This document shows positions 13,143 through 22,569 of a stretch of DNA of 45,810 nt, in pieces. A program made the position numbers and the translations under genes. Every line of letters starts with the position of its first letter. Within the stretch, counting starts at the first letter, position 1. Source of the stretch: Chiloscyllium plagiosum (taxonomy: Eukaryota); contig NC_057711.1 in assembly GCF_004010195.1 (NCBI RefSeq), positions 73,227,972 to 73,273,781 of the forward strand. The letters run 5' to 3'. The notes under the pieces were generated by a model, which was not told the DNA's origin, did no database searches, and was given only the letters and a program-made list of their open reading frames with translations.

Positions 13143-13627
13143 TATCAAATTGAACTCTCATTCAGTCCCTTCCATTCAGAAATGCTTTACTGAAGCTTAT
13201 CACACCTACATTGTCAGAAATGCTTTACTGAAGCTTATCACACCCCCATTACTGAAGCTTATCACACCTACATTGTCTTGGGGAAGCACTGAGACAGGAA
13301 ATCATTTGCATAATGATTCCCCTGGATTAGGGCATTTACATTTACATTATCTCTGAGGATGACCTCATCCTACAATTGTACCTGAGATAACGTGTGGTTA
13401 TGGGAGGGGGAGTGGCCAGAGTACCTGTTAGCATTAGCAACTGACCTATATAAAGGGGATGTGTTTCCTTTGTTCGGAGCCTCATTTGACTTGACTTTGC
13501 ACGCCTGTGAGGAGGGTGAAGGGGGTCACCTAGCTTGTACAGGCTTTAATAAACTTTAATTGTTTGCATAAGTTGGTGTGTGCAAGCTGCATCTTGTGTG
13601 TGAAACCTCTGGAAAAAGAACCCGATA
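13143..13627 (+). repeat. 5' LTR, right part
   Basis: Matches 16281-16721. TATATAAA at 13447-54, AATAAA at 13548-53. Ends ...ggaaaaagaacccgata (decayed CA end inferred). Internal tandem duplication at 13177-13276. Confidence 0.85.
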
Positions 13628-13632
13628 TATGG

Positions 13633-13724
13633 ATTGGATAGGCATATGGAGGATAGTGGGCTTGGATCGGCGCAACATCGAGGGCCAAAGGGCTGCGTTG
13701 TACTGCGCTGTATTTTTCTATGTT
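13633..13724 (+). mobile_element. Short CR1 3' tail with 8-bp TSD
   Basis: ggcgcaacatcgagggccaaaggg...gtactgcgctgta tail (compare 38482-38520). TSD atatatgg at 13625-32 and 13725-32. Confidence 0.75.
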
Positions 13725-13729
13725 ATATA

Positions 13730-13749
13730 TGGTGGCAGCATTGATATTC
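13730..13749 (+). promoter_or_regulatory. Primer-binding site, tRNA-Leu-like
   Basis: tggtggcagcattgatattc vs the reverse complement of the vertebrate tRNA-Leu(AAG) 3' end as I recall it, TGGTGGCAGCGGTGGGATTC: first 10 nt identical, 16/20 overall. It lies 2 nt after the LTR end once the CR1 tail insertion at 13633-13724 (with one TSD copy) is removed. Confidence 0.7.
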
Positions 13750-13957
13750 CAACATACATGGAGCTTCCAGGGGGACTGAATAAACGATCATCTGAGTGTT
13801 TGTTGCGTGAGATGAATGGGCACACAACGTAAGATTCACCCTGATCTCTCTCTCTCTCTAAACAACACTCAGTTGACTCCTCGTCTCTTAGGACTTGGTG
13901 GTGACGGATTCTTTGAAGTAACTCGCACACTTGCACACCAACGAGTCGCTTTACACA

Positions 13958-14150
13958 AAAAAGGGTTTTGATTGGGGTTAGAGTCGGGGTTAGAGTCTCC
14001 AGACTCTATATAGAATAAGAAAAGGGTGAGAGGTAAAGTGAGAAAGGGGTTAGAGTCCTCTCGGTAAAAGGGGGTTAAAGTCCCCTGGAAAAAGGAGTTT
14101 AAAGTCCTATAGACATGAGGTTTGAGGTTCCAGAGTAAGAAAAAAGTTAG
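13958..14150 (+). repeat. Degenerate tandem AAAAGGGGTTAGAGTC-like repeats
   Basis: ggggttagagtc occurs three times, plus variants gggggttaaagtc, ggagtttaaagtc and aaaagttagaat. Confidence 0.7.
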
Positions 14151-14537
14151 AATTTGGTACTTCTTAAAGTTATTGCCTTTATCCCTCACATCTCCCCTTA
14201 GAAGTACTTTTAGAACAACATGACGTCACCGGGAAAAGGGGGAGAAAGTGGAGCCGGTCTGCTCGGATCCCAGCAGTGAAGTGCATTGACTGCCGGGGAA
14301 GCTTTGTTCAGGTTTTTATTGTGGAATCTCAGTTTCTGGGCTGTGGACTCGACTTGATGAGTGTTTCGTCTGGGGGAAAGAGTGTGGCTTGGACTGTGGT
14401 GCCATGTAGTCCGCTGCGAGGGCTTTGTCTTTTTATAAGAGTAATTTCAGGGAGAGGATGTGAAAAAAAAGAGAAACGCTGAAAATAAGGTTGTACTAAT
14501 ACTTAGGTCGGAAAAGGCAGTTTCAATGTAAATTGTG

Positions 14538-14706
14538 GATTAGTGGTGCTGGAAGAGCACAGCAGTTCAGGCAGCCCTTCATCGGGAAGGGCTTTTGCCC
14601 AAAATGTCGATTTTACTGCTCCTCGGATGCTGCCTAAATTGCTGTGCTCTTCCAGCACCACTAATCCAGAATCTGGTTTCCAGCATCTGCAATCATTGTT
14701 TTTACC
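14538..14706 (+). mobile_element. Short Penelope-terminus insertion, family A variant, with inverted 5' part
   Basis: TSD tcaatgtaaattgtg at 14523-37 and 14707-21; 14536-74 is inverted relative to 14630-68. Confidence 0.8.
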
Positions 14707-15410
14707 TCAATGTAAATTGTGCCATGCTGAGATGTTTGATATTTAAATATTTTGATTTGTTAAAATACTGGTTTAAAAAAACTTTTAAGAGGCTGTTTTG
14801 CCTTATTTGGATTAGGATCTCAATTCAATGTGTTTTGTGGATTATGTAATAGGGCATATTTTATTTTTACACTAATACTATACAGCATTATGTCCTTTTT
14901 AAAATTAAACTAGTAACCTTAAAACAAATTGATTGAGGACCCTGAGCCCCTGAATTGTTTGAAATTCTACAATGCCTGTTTAAAAAAAACAATTGTGTCA
15001 GTGGTCATGCTTTAGCCAGATGAGGATATTGTATTATAATATCTTGTTACTATGTTTTTAATGCAGAGTGTTCACAAAAAGAAGAGTGCATTTTAATTTT
15101 GATGTTTTGTCAAGATTTTAGAGAATATTAGAACTTGAGGCTGAGCCTTTTAAGTTCTGTCAATTATTGTTAAGACTTCATTGGCCCCGTTCATATTGCA
15201 AAGTCAAAGAAGGTTGAAATAGGCAGACATAATTTAGTGTAGTTAAACATGTGACTGTCTTCATATTGATAACCACCTTGGCAAGGAAGGAATGAGAGAG
15301 GAAATGCAGAGATATTTTTAGCAGCTAACATTGTCTCTAGAATTTCTCCATTCACAGGTAAAGCATGCTTTGCACAACCTGATCCAACAGATTCAATCAG
15401 CTCTCCAGTC

Positions 15411-15729
15411 ATGAGCACAAAAAGTGAAGAAGCTAACAGCAGTGAAGTGGAGGTTGGTAGGTTTTTTGCCAGTGGTCTTCCTATGGATGTGAAACCATGT
15501 GAGCTTGATCCTTCTCTTTCGGTCATTTAAGGTACATGTGAAGCTAACATCAAAACAGCCAATTGATTTTGTTACATTTGACAGCAGAGCAGGAGCAGAA
15601 GCAGCACAGAATGCTGCGTTCACCTAGCCTGCTGCTGCAGCTGCAATTGCTGCACTTCACACTCAGATATGCTGGTATCCTATATCTGAAGCATTTCCGC
15701 AAGAATGGAAGTCTCATCAGTTTTGTTAG
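15411..15729 (+). pseudogene. RBPMS2: Processed, internally deleted RBPMS2-like retrocopy
   Basis: ATG 15411 reads [33 protein letters not shown], then a +1 frameshift at about 15510, then [71 protein letters not shown] (TAG 15727-29). This matches the RBPMS2 RRM (VRTLFVSGLPxDIKPRELYLLFRPFK...[21 protein letters not shown]) and C-terminus (AFTYP...AALHAQxRWYP...WKxRQFC). No introns; premature TAG at 15625. Confidence 0.9.
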
Positions 15730-16080
15730 GTATATAATTGCCGTTATCCAAGAATTCAGATTACTCTGTGGAGTGATGCAAAAGGCCAGACTGGATTTTG
15801 TTTTCAGGTTGGACTTTACTGAACAAGATTTTGAATAACTGGCTTGTTTCCACTCGACTTGGAGAAGGTGGACTGGTCACTAAGGACTGTAGATTTAAGA
15901 ACTTTACTGGTGAACTGTTTTTCCACGTGGGAGGATTCTGCAAATTCTTTTTACTGCATGGACTAGTAATTTTTGTTGTTATAATTATTGCATGTTGTGT
16001 ATCATTAACTTGTTTAAATACTGGTTGTCAGAGTCTTATGAAAGCTGATAGTGTCAACTAGGCGGTTATCATGGAATGAT

Positions 16081-16092
16081 AAAAGGGTGGAA
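16081..16092 (+). promoter_or_regulatory. Polypurine tract
   Basis: aaaagggtggaa directly precedes an LTR-start-like sequence (cgtaatgctaaaagattaaattgtacta). Confidence 0.6.
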
Positions 16093-16136
16093 CGTAATGC
16101 TAAAAGATTAAATTGTACTATCTCTCTGGACATTAA

Positions 16137-16721
16137 TGTAATGTTAAAGGGTTAAACTGTACTGTCTTTCTCCAGAAGCTGAACATTTTGGAAGTGAGTG
16201 GGAGTGGGGGGACATTCATGCAAGAATGAGGATGACTCCCATTTCATTTGAGCAGCCATTTACTACTACTACTCCTGCAATATTAAATTAAACTCTCATC
16301 CAGTCCCTTCCATTCAGAAATGCTTTCATAATAATCCCCTGATACTGAAGCATATCACACCTACATTGTATTGGGGAATCACTGTGTCAGGAAATCATTT
16401 GCACAATGATTCCCCAAGATTAGGGCATTTACATTTGCATTATCTCTGAGGATGACCTCATCCTACCATTGTAACTGGGGTAACATGTGGTTATGAGAGG
16501 GGGAGTGGCCAGAGTACCTGTGCGCATTATCATCTTACCTGCATAAAGGGGATGCGTTTCCTTTGTTTGGGGTCTCTTTTGACTCCACTTTGCACGCTTA
16601 CGAGGAACGTCAAAGAGGGTCACTTAGTTTTGTACAGGCTTTAATAAACTTTAACTCTTTCCAGAAGTTGGTGTATGCAAATTACATCTCGTGTGTGAAA
16701 CCTTGGAAAAAGAATCTGACG
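16137..16721 (+). repeat. 3' LTR (about 585 bp)
   Basis: Starts TGTAATG, AATAAA at 16643-48, ends ...ggaaaaagaatctgacg; homologous to the split 5' LTR. Confidence 0.85.
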
Positions 16722-16769
16722 CTCAGAAAGATTGAATACATGACATCTATGTAGATTTATTGAGTAGTA

Positions 16770-16925
16770 GAGATATATGGCATGGAAACAGACCCTTCAG
16801 TCCAACTCGTCCATGCCAATCAGATATTCTAAATAAATCTAGTCCCATTTGTCAGCATTTGTCTCATATCCCTCTAACCCCATCCTACTCATAAACCCAT
16901 CCAGATGCCTTTTAAATGTTGTAAT
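16770..16925 (-). mobile_element. CR1 3' tail
   Basis: Reverse complement of 7530-7690. Confidence 0.8.
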
Positions 16926-17194
16926 CGTATACCCATGACTTCTAACATTCAACATTTATGTCACATTTAACATTATGAATGGTTCCAAGGTACTTACAGA
17001 AGAATACAGTCACATAAGGAGATATATGAGAGCAGATGACTGAAAGCTTGGCTTTAATAAGCATCTTAAAGGATGAAAGTGAGGTAGAGGAGTGAAGAAA
17101 TGTAAGTAGGGAGAGCTTAGAGCTAAGGCAACTGTAGGCACTAGTGGCCGGGCAATAGGGAATACTTAAGATACCTACAATCTTGTTAAAATGA

Positions 17195-17722
17195 AAAAAA
17201 ACACTAGTCAGACCATAGCTGAGTTGCTGCGAACAGTTTTAGTCCCCTTATCTAAGGGAAGGTACAATGGCATTGGAGGCAATCTAGACAAGGCTACAGG
17301 GGGACTGAGGAGAGGTTGAGTAGGTTGGGCCAATACTCATTGAAGTTTAAAAGAATGAGAAGTGAACTTACTGAAACATTCAAGACTTATAGGGACTTGA
17401 TACTAAAGGTTGTGATCTTTGTGGGAGAGTTCAAGACGGACGGTCATCGCTTCAAAATAAGGGGTGGTCTTTTAAAATAGGGGTGAGGAGGGATTCTTCC
17501 CTCAAAGAGTAGTGAATCTATAGAATTCTTTACCACAGAGGGCTGTAGGGGTTGGATTGTTGAGTACATTGAAGGCTGAGAGATTTTTAATCAGTCATCG
17601 AATGCTACAGAAAAAAGGCAGTGAAATGGAGTTGAGGATTAGCACATCAGCCATGATCTCATTGAATGGCAGAGCGGACTCACTGGGCTGAAAGACCAAT
17701 TACTGCTTTTATGGTCTTATGA
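17195..17722 (+). mobile_element. Degenerate CR1 3' region
   Basis: gtagtgaatctatagaattctttacca and atcagccatgatctcattgaatggc CR1 3' motifs. Confidence 0.75.
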
Positions 17723-18229
17723 TCGTCTTATAATTTATCTCCACTACTCAAGCAGTACAATGAACCTCATTAAAAGTAAAAAGAGTTTAGGCTAAAAAAA
17801 TCTTAACTGCTTCCACGTTTCTCCCTAGACCCGTTGAGCATTTCCAGATCTTTCCTGTTTTTAGATTACTCATGTTCTTGTGAAAATAAACAATTGTTTA
17901 CTAATACTCTATCATTTACCTGTTTATTATCGATGCTGTACGCTTTCATCATATGATGAAATCCCTGTTCACGAATGATTTATGTACTTAACAACCTAAC
18001 AACGATTTACGTCAGCACGATAAATATAAACGAGAAACTTCTTCAAAATAAAATTAGAGATATGGAACCTTAAGTCATGTTGAATGAAGCAATTCGTCTA
18101 ATCCGTTCAATTTTCATACTTCCAGTCAACCTGTTATCTTATTCCCCGAATACAGAGAGCACTTCAATACAAAGTGATGCAGGGCCCATTTCATTCACAT
18201 AAAGCATCTTCACATCTACAACAATCGCA

Positions 18230-18688
18230 GCACCACCGATTCTGAGAAATAAAAACCCTCAACGGTCAAATAGCGTTTCACAAGCGTAATCCCTGGTTAA
18301 CTAATTCAGAAGGGATGCATTCCGTCTTATTTTAGTAATAATCGAAGAAAATATTGCAGTTACAGGGTGATTTACCGTGGAAAATTGATACTTCGCAAAC
18401 TTTGCAGCTGGCGGTGTTTGAGGACCGGTGTAGTCTCGCGGTACAATTGGTCTGCAGATGGTCACGTTGTGCATTTCCAACACTAAAACCAGGAGCCATT
18501 TTAACAGCGGGAGCTAGTGATTGTGGAAGAGAAGCGCGGGCACAGAACAAGAGGAAGGAAAATCAGGTGCTCGCGCTTCTCTCATTGCTTTGGTTGTTTT
18601 GTTTCAGGGGGGAAAAAATTGCCCCTTCACCTCATTGTGCATTTGTTTTACAAAATAAAATTTAAAAAACCTCCACTGACTGCAAGTT
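18230..18688 (+). promoter_or_regulatory. Putative lamin promoter/5'UTR in CpG-enriched region
   Basis: CpG density is visibly higher from about 17.9 to 20.6 kb than in the flanks. Motifs seen: reverse CCAAT (ATTGG 18446-50), YY1-like GCCATTTT (18495-502) and E2F-like GCGCGGG (about 18534-40). No clear TATA box. The TSS cannot be determined. Confidence 0.6.
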
Positions 18689-19047
18689 ATGGCGATGGCT
18701 ACTCCAAAGAGCCAGCCCCGTCCGAGCGGCCGGAGTGCAGCGAGCTCCCCGCTCAGTCCGACCCGCATCTCCCGGCTGCAGGAGAAAGAGGAGTTGAAGA
18801 ACCTCAACGACAGGCTCGCCGTATATATCGAAAAGGTACGCTCGCTGGAGTCCGAGAACAGTATCCTGCAGTTGCAAATCACCGAGAGGGAAGAAGTGAC
18901 GAGCCGGGAGCTGACCGGCATCAAGAACCTGTACGAGAATGAGCTGGCGGACGCTCGCCAATCTCTGGACGAGACCGCGAAAGAGAGAGCGCGGCTGCAG
19001 ATAGAGCTGGGGAAGCTCCGCGGGGACTATGACAATGTGCTGCAAAA
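18689..19047 (+). CDS. LMNB1: B-type lamin coding exon 1 (head + coil 1A/1B), best match lamin B1
   Basis: [93 protein letters not shown]...RLQIELGK has the lamin LSPTR CDK1 site and the [11 protein letters not shown] consensus. AVYI(E/D)KVRSLE-ENS-LQLQ-TEREEV--RELTG is closer to LMNB1 than to LMNB2, LMNA or LIII. The exon ends in phase 2 at AA|GTAAGG (donor at 19048), matching the conserved lamin intron-1 position; the ORF's TAA lies inside the donor. Confidence 0.93.
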
Positions 19048-20241
19048 GTAAGGCTGGCTGAAATTTGGGGTACGCGTCTCTTCGATGATAAAATGCAATT
19101 ATTTTTTAGGCGGATAAATATTTACCTACGGAGTTCATGTTAGCAAAGTGCACCCCTCCCATTTGCGTACAAAATGTGTATATAAGCTCTATTTAAATTT
19201 TAGTATCGAACTAGTGTCGATGGGGCAAATATTTTACGAGATGAGTATTTTGGAAGAATCGCCCTGAATTGTGATTTGTTTGTTAAGGTCAGTTTTTTTA
19301 TGACTTTGTTTGTTTATTGACTAGTAATTTTGAGATATTTTCCTATTTTAAGTAGACTAGCCTCTCCTTGAGAGGCAGTAAGCTCAATGTGTTTGTATAA
19401 TTTTACTATATGTTCATAAAGGAGTGATTGGGTACTCGGGACGAATGTCCGCAGCAAATTCCTAGCGAATTCCTGGATGTAGAGTTTGTACCGAACAGCT
19501 GTTTTAAATAATGCACGGACTCTCGCCTTTTTTCTACTAAATTAGTGGGCAGATGGTTTGTTTTTAGCCTTCTACATTTCAAAAAGTAATTTGTGTTGAT
19601 CTGAAGTGTCATCTTTTTAGCCGGTGAAATCCGAATCGTTAAAGCCAACGTCCATGGCTTCATGTTGGAATTGTTTTTTGTTATCTCTAAATACATGCCA
19701 GTTGTAATTGGCGCTGGTTGAATGGACAAATCTGTCAAGTCATTACACAGGCTGCCCTTTTTATGGACTGAAGGCTGTGGCGCTTTCCTGCATCTTCTTT
19801 TTAGTGGGGGGAAGGGCCTCCTAAAATCTCAGTTCTTTGAATATCACATCATGGATTCGATTTTTTTTTTTGTAAAACTGTTAAAACGGCGAAGTGGTGC
19901 GAGTTCCGTAGTAAATGTTTATTTTTGTTCACTGGGGGTGTGTTTTGAGGGGGGGAGTGGTGACTGAGTGTTGGACAACAGCCATCTGTCGTGTGGAAGC
20001 GTTGCTGTGCAGACAAAGAAGCTGTTCCATTCAGCCGGAGGCTGGGTCCCTACGAGACACATTGAATGAGAACTTTCCATAAATATTCCCAATAAGAACA
20101 GTGTCGCACGTAAGGTTACACTGTAACATTTCTCATTTACTGTGCTGTGTAGGTTCGAAAGGTAGCTGCCGAGGCGGGCTGAACGATTTATTTGTTTAGT
20201 AACAAAGAAGCAGCTTCTGGTGAGGATGAGATGGTGAAGGC

Positions 20242-20260
20242 GGGGGGGGGGGGGGGGGGG
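20242..20260 (+). repeat. G19 homopolymer
   Basis: Direct count. Confidence 0.9.
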
Positions 20261-21099
20261 CTGCAGGGGTAACCCCATCTACCAGTTTTAAAAAAAAATA
20301 ATCACCTTTTAATGTTAAATGCATTATTCACAATTTCCGCGATACCACCCATCGCCACCGCCGCATCCACTACTTTTTTTTTCAATCAGTGGCAAGAAAT
20401 AGATTTTCGAAAAATCTCCAGGAGCAGTTGTTTGTTTTTCCTTGTTGACTTGCGTCAATCATAGATCAAGTGTTTCCCCCACCCCAACGTAAGTTTGTGC
20501 GGTGTTTAATTGTTTGTAAACAATTTCTGATCGGTAGTTGCAACTAAGGGCGACTGTTGGATACATGGTAGCTTCGATATTGCATCTATCAATTTTTTCA
20601 TAAACGGTTCAATGTTTGTACACGCGCTAGTGCACTTGTCTGTTTACATTTTGTGATCGCGATATGAAGGTAACCATCTTTCTTCAATTAAGTGTTCTGT
20701 ATGGAATCGCTTTTTTTGATATTAAATTTTGAGGTTTGTGATTAGAGTTAAAAAGGGAATCGCATGAAGTCTGCCTGGAAACCTTGCTAGGTGTTCTAAT
20801 TGCTGGAGGTTAAAGCAACCCAGGTGGTGTTGCTTTTAAACTGAGAAAATGTGCAAGGTGATGATGATAGCAACCTGTTTACCAACAATGGATAGTCTGA
20901 GCATTTCCAAAGTCCCTGAAATTTTAAACTGTATCTTTCCAAGCTGGAAGAATTGGGCTCTCAGTAAGATCACGTATAACAGAATGGCCTACTTCAGCTC
21001 CTGTGAAATCCGGGCTGTACTGATCATCACCCTTAACACGATTTTCCTGCCTTTCCCCCCCACACAACCCTCAATTCCCTGACTGATTCTGAAGTCTGT

Positions 21100-21530
21100 T
21101 TACCTCGGCCTTGATCACGTGCAGTGATCCTGGGCAATATCCATGCTTGGGCTGAAAAGTAGCAACTAGCATTTGTGGTGCACAAATGCCAGGCAATAAC
21201 CATCTCTAGTAAGAAAAAAAATCCAACCACCAGCCCTGAATGTCTGTCAACATCCTGGGTCAGTGGGGGGAGGGGATGGCATGGGATGGGTTAACACTGA
21301 CCAGAAAATGAACTGGACGAGCCATATAAATCATAACTACAAGAACAGGCTAGAGGCAATGAAAATTGCAGTGACTAATTCGCTTCCTCAGTGCCCAAAG
21401 CCTGTCCACTCAGCATAAGTCAGGGTTGTGATGGAATACTCCCCTCTTTAGAAGCTCCGACAACAGTCTAGAAGTTTGACATCATTCAGGACAAAACAGC
21501 CTCTTCAATTGGCACCACATCCACAAATGA
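21100..21530 (+). mobile_element. Degenerate LINE (CR1/L2-group) RT C-terminal fragment
   Basis: aaatgccaggcaataaccatctc and gtgatggaatactccc motifs; related sequence lies on the minus strand at about 35000-35900 and 42930-43740. Confidence 0.6.
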
Positions 21531-22076
21531 AGTAAACTACTGCTGATGTTGTAAACCTGAAATGGAAAGGGGCAATGCTGGAAATCTTTCAGTCTGGTAT
21601 CATGTCGAAAGATGAGCAGCTAATGTTACAGATTGGCCTGTATCTGCTGAAAGGGCATAACCTGAAACATTCTCTTTCGACAGAGAGAAACACATTTGAT
21701 GGTGATATTTGCATAAGTTTGTTTTGAAGTTTTAATTTTGAAAAAAAAAGTTACTTGTTTTTCCTCTCCCAATCTTAGTAAGATTTTTTTTAGTACGTGA
21801 TGTGCATAGTTAACTTTTCATGTTGTTCCAAACTTGATGCATGATAAGAAATCAATTCTGCTGCACCTGGTATTAATTTTAGGACAGTGCAAGGTATTTT
21901 GTATCCCTGTGCACAGACTTTGAAATGCTTGGCTAGATTTTGGATCAAAGCTTGAAATCCCTACAGTTACAAATACCCTAACAGTTATTTATTTGTGGCA
22001 GTACTTCTCCAAGATATTTGTTTGCTGACCTCCAAACATCCAAAAGTGCAAGTCATTCAGAATTTCTAAACTATAT

Positions 22077-22395
22077 TTTAGATTAGATTAGATTACTTAG
22101 TGTGGAAACAGGCCCTTCGGCCCAACAAGTCCACACCGACCCGCCGAAGCGCACCCACCCGGACCCATTCCCCTATATTTACCCCTGCACCTAACACTAC
22201 AGGCAATTTAGCGTGGCCAATTCACCTAACCTGCACATTTTTGGAGTGTGGGAGGAAACTGGAGCACCCGGAGGAAACCCACGCAGACACGGGGAGAATG
22301 TGCAAACTCCACAGTGGTCGCCTGAGGCGGGAATTGAACCCGGGTCTCTGGCGCTGTGAGGCAGCAGTGCGAACCACTGTGCCACCGTGCCGCCC
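22077..22395 (-). mobile_element. tRNA-derived SINE (HE1/V-SINE type)
   Basis: Reverse complement of 2694-3010 with a (GATTA)n tail. Confidence 0.92.
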
Positions 22396-22569
22396 GTGAA
22401 TTTTAACTGCATTCACTTTCTTGCTAATCCTTTGTGGGCTTCCCATCTTTACAAAAATACTAATTAAGATTCTCTCCATGCTGCTAATTTTTTTTTTAGA
22501 GAAAAGTAGCTTTATGTCTCTCAATGGCCTCTAGTTCTTGTGCATCTCTTCATTCTGTGTTTGTTACTT

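Larger units (their letters stand above)
9779..16721 (+). mobile_element. Non-autonomous LTR retroelement (two direct LTRs, PBS, PPT) carrying an RBPMS2 retrocopy
   Basis: 5' LTR = 9779-9913 + 13143-13627; 3' LTR = 16137-16721; they are colinear and similar. PBS at 13730, PPT at 16081. No gag/pol ORF recognised inside. No convincing TSD found. Confidence 0.75.

Noticed and set aside
13177..13276. CRISPR-like or functional repeat array (tactgaagcttatcacacc x3)
   Set aside because: Local tandem duplication within one LTR copy, with a single unit in the other LTR; eukaryotic context, no unique spacers.
13975..14056. Interstitial telomere
   Set aside because: The unit is GGGGTTAGAGTC with spacers, not tandem TTAGGG.
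14354..14483. C/D box snoRNA (TGATGA ... CTGA)
   Set aside because: No terminal stem or recognisable rRNA guide seen, and it lies within a retroelement interior.
14940..14953. ccctgagcccctga shared with ~41899
   Set aside because: Isolated 14-bp match without flanking similarity.
15191..15838. ORFs 15191-15526(-), 15393-15623(-) and 15563-15838(+) as a novel gene
   Set aside because: They are antisense or off-frame shadows of the RBPMS2 retrocopy, whose true frame is broken.
18301..19045. Overlapping ORFs around lamin exon 1
   Set aside because: By-products of GC-rich coding and promoter DNA; no recognisable protein.
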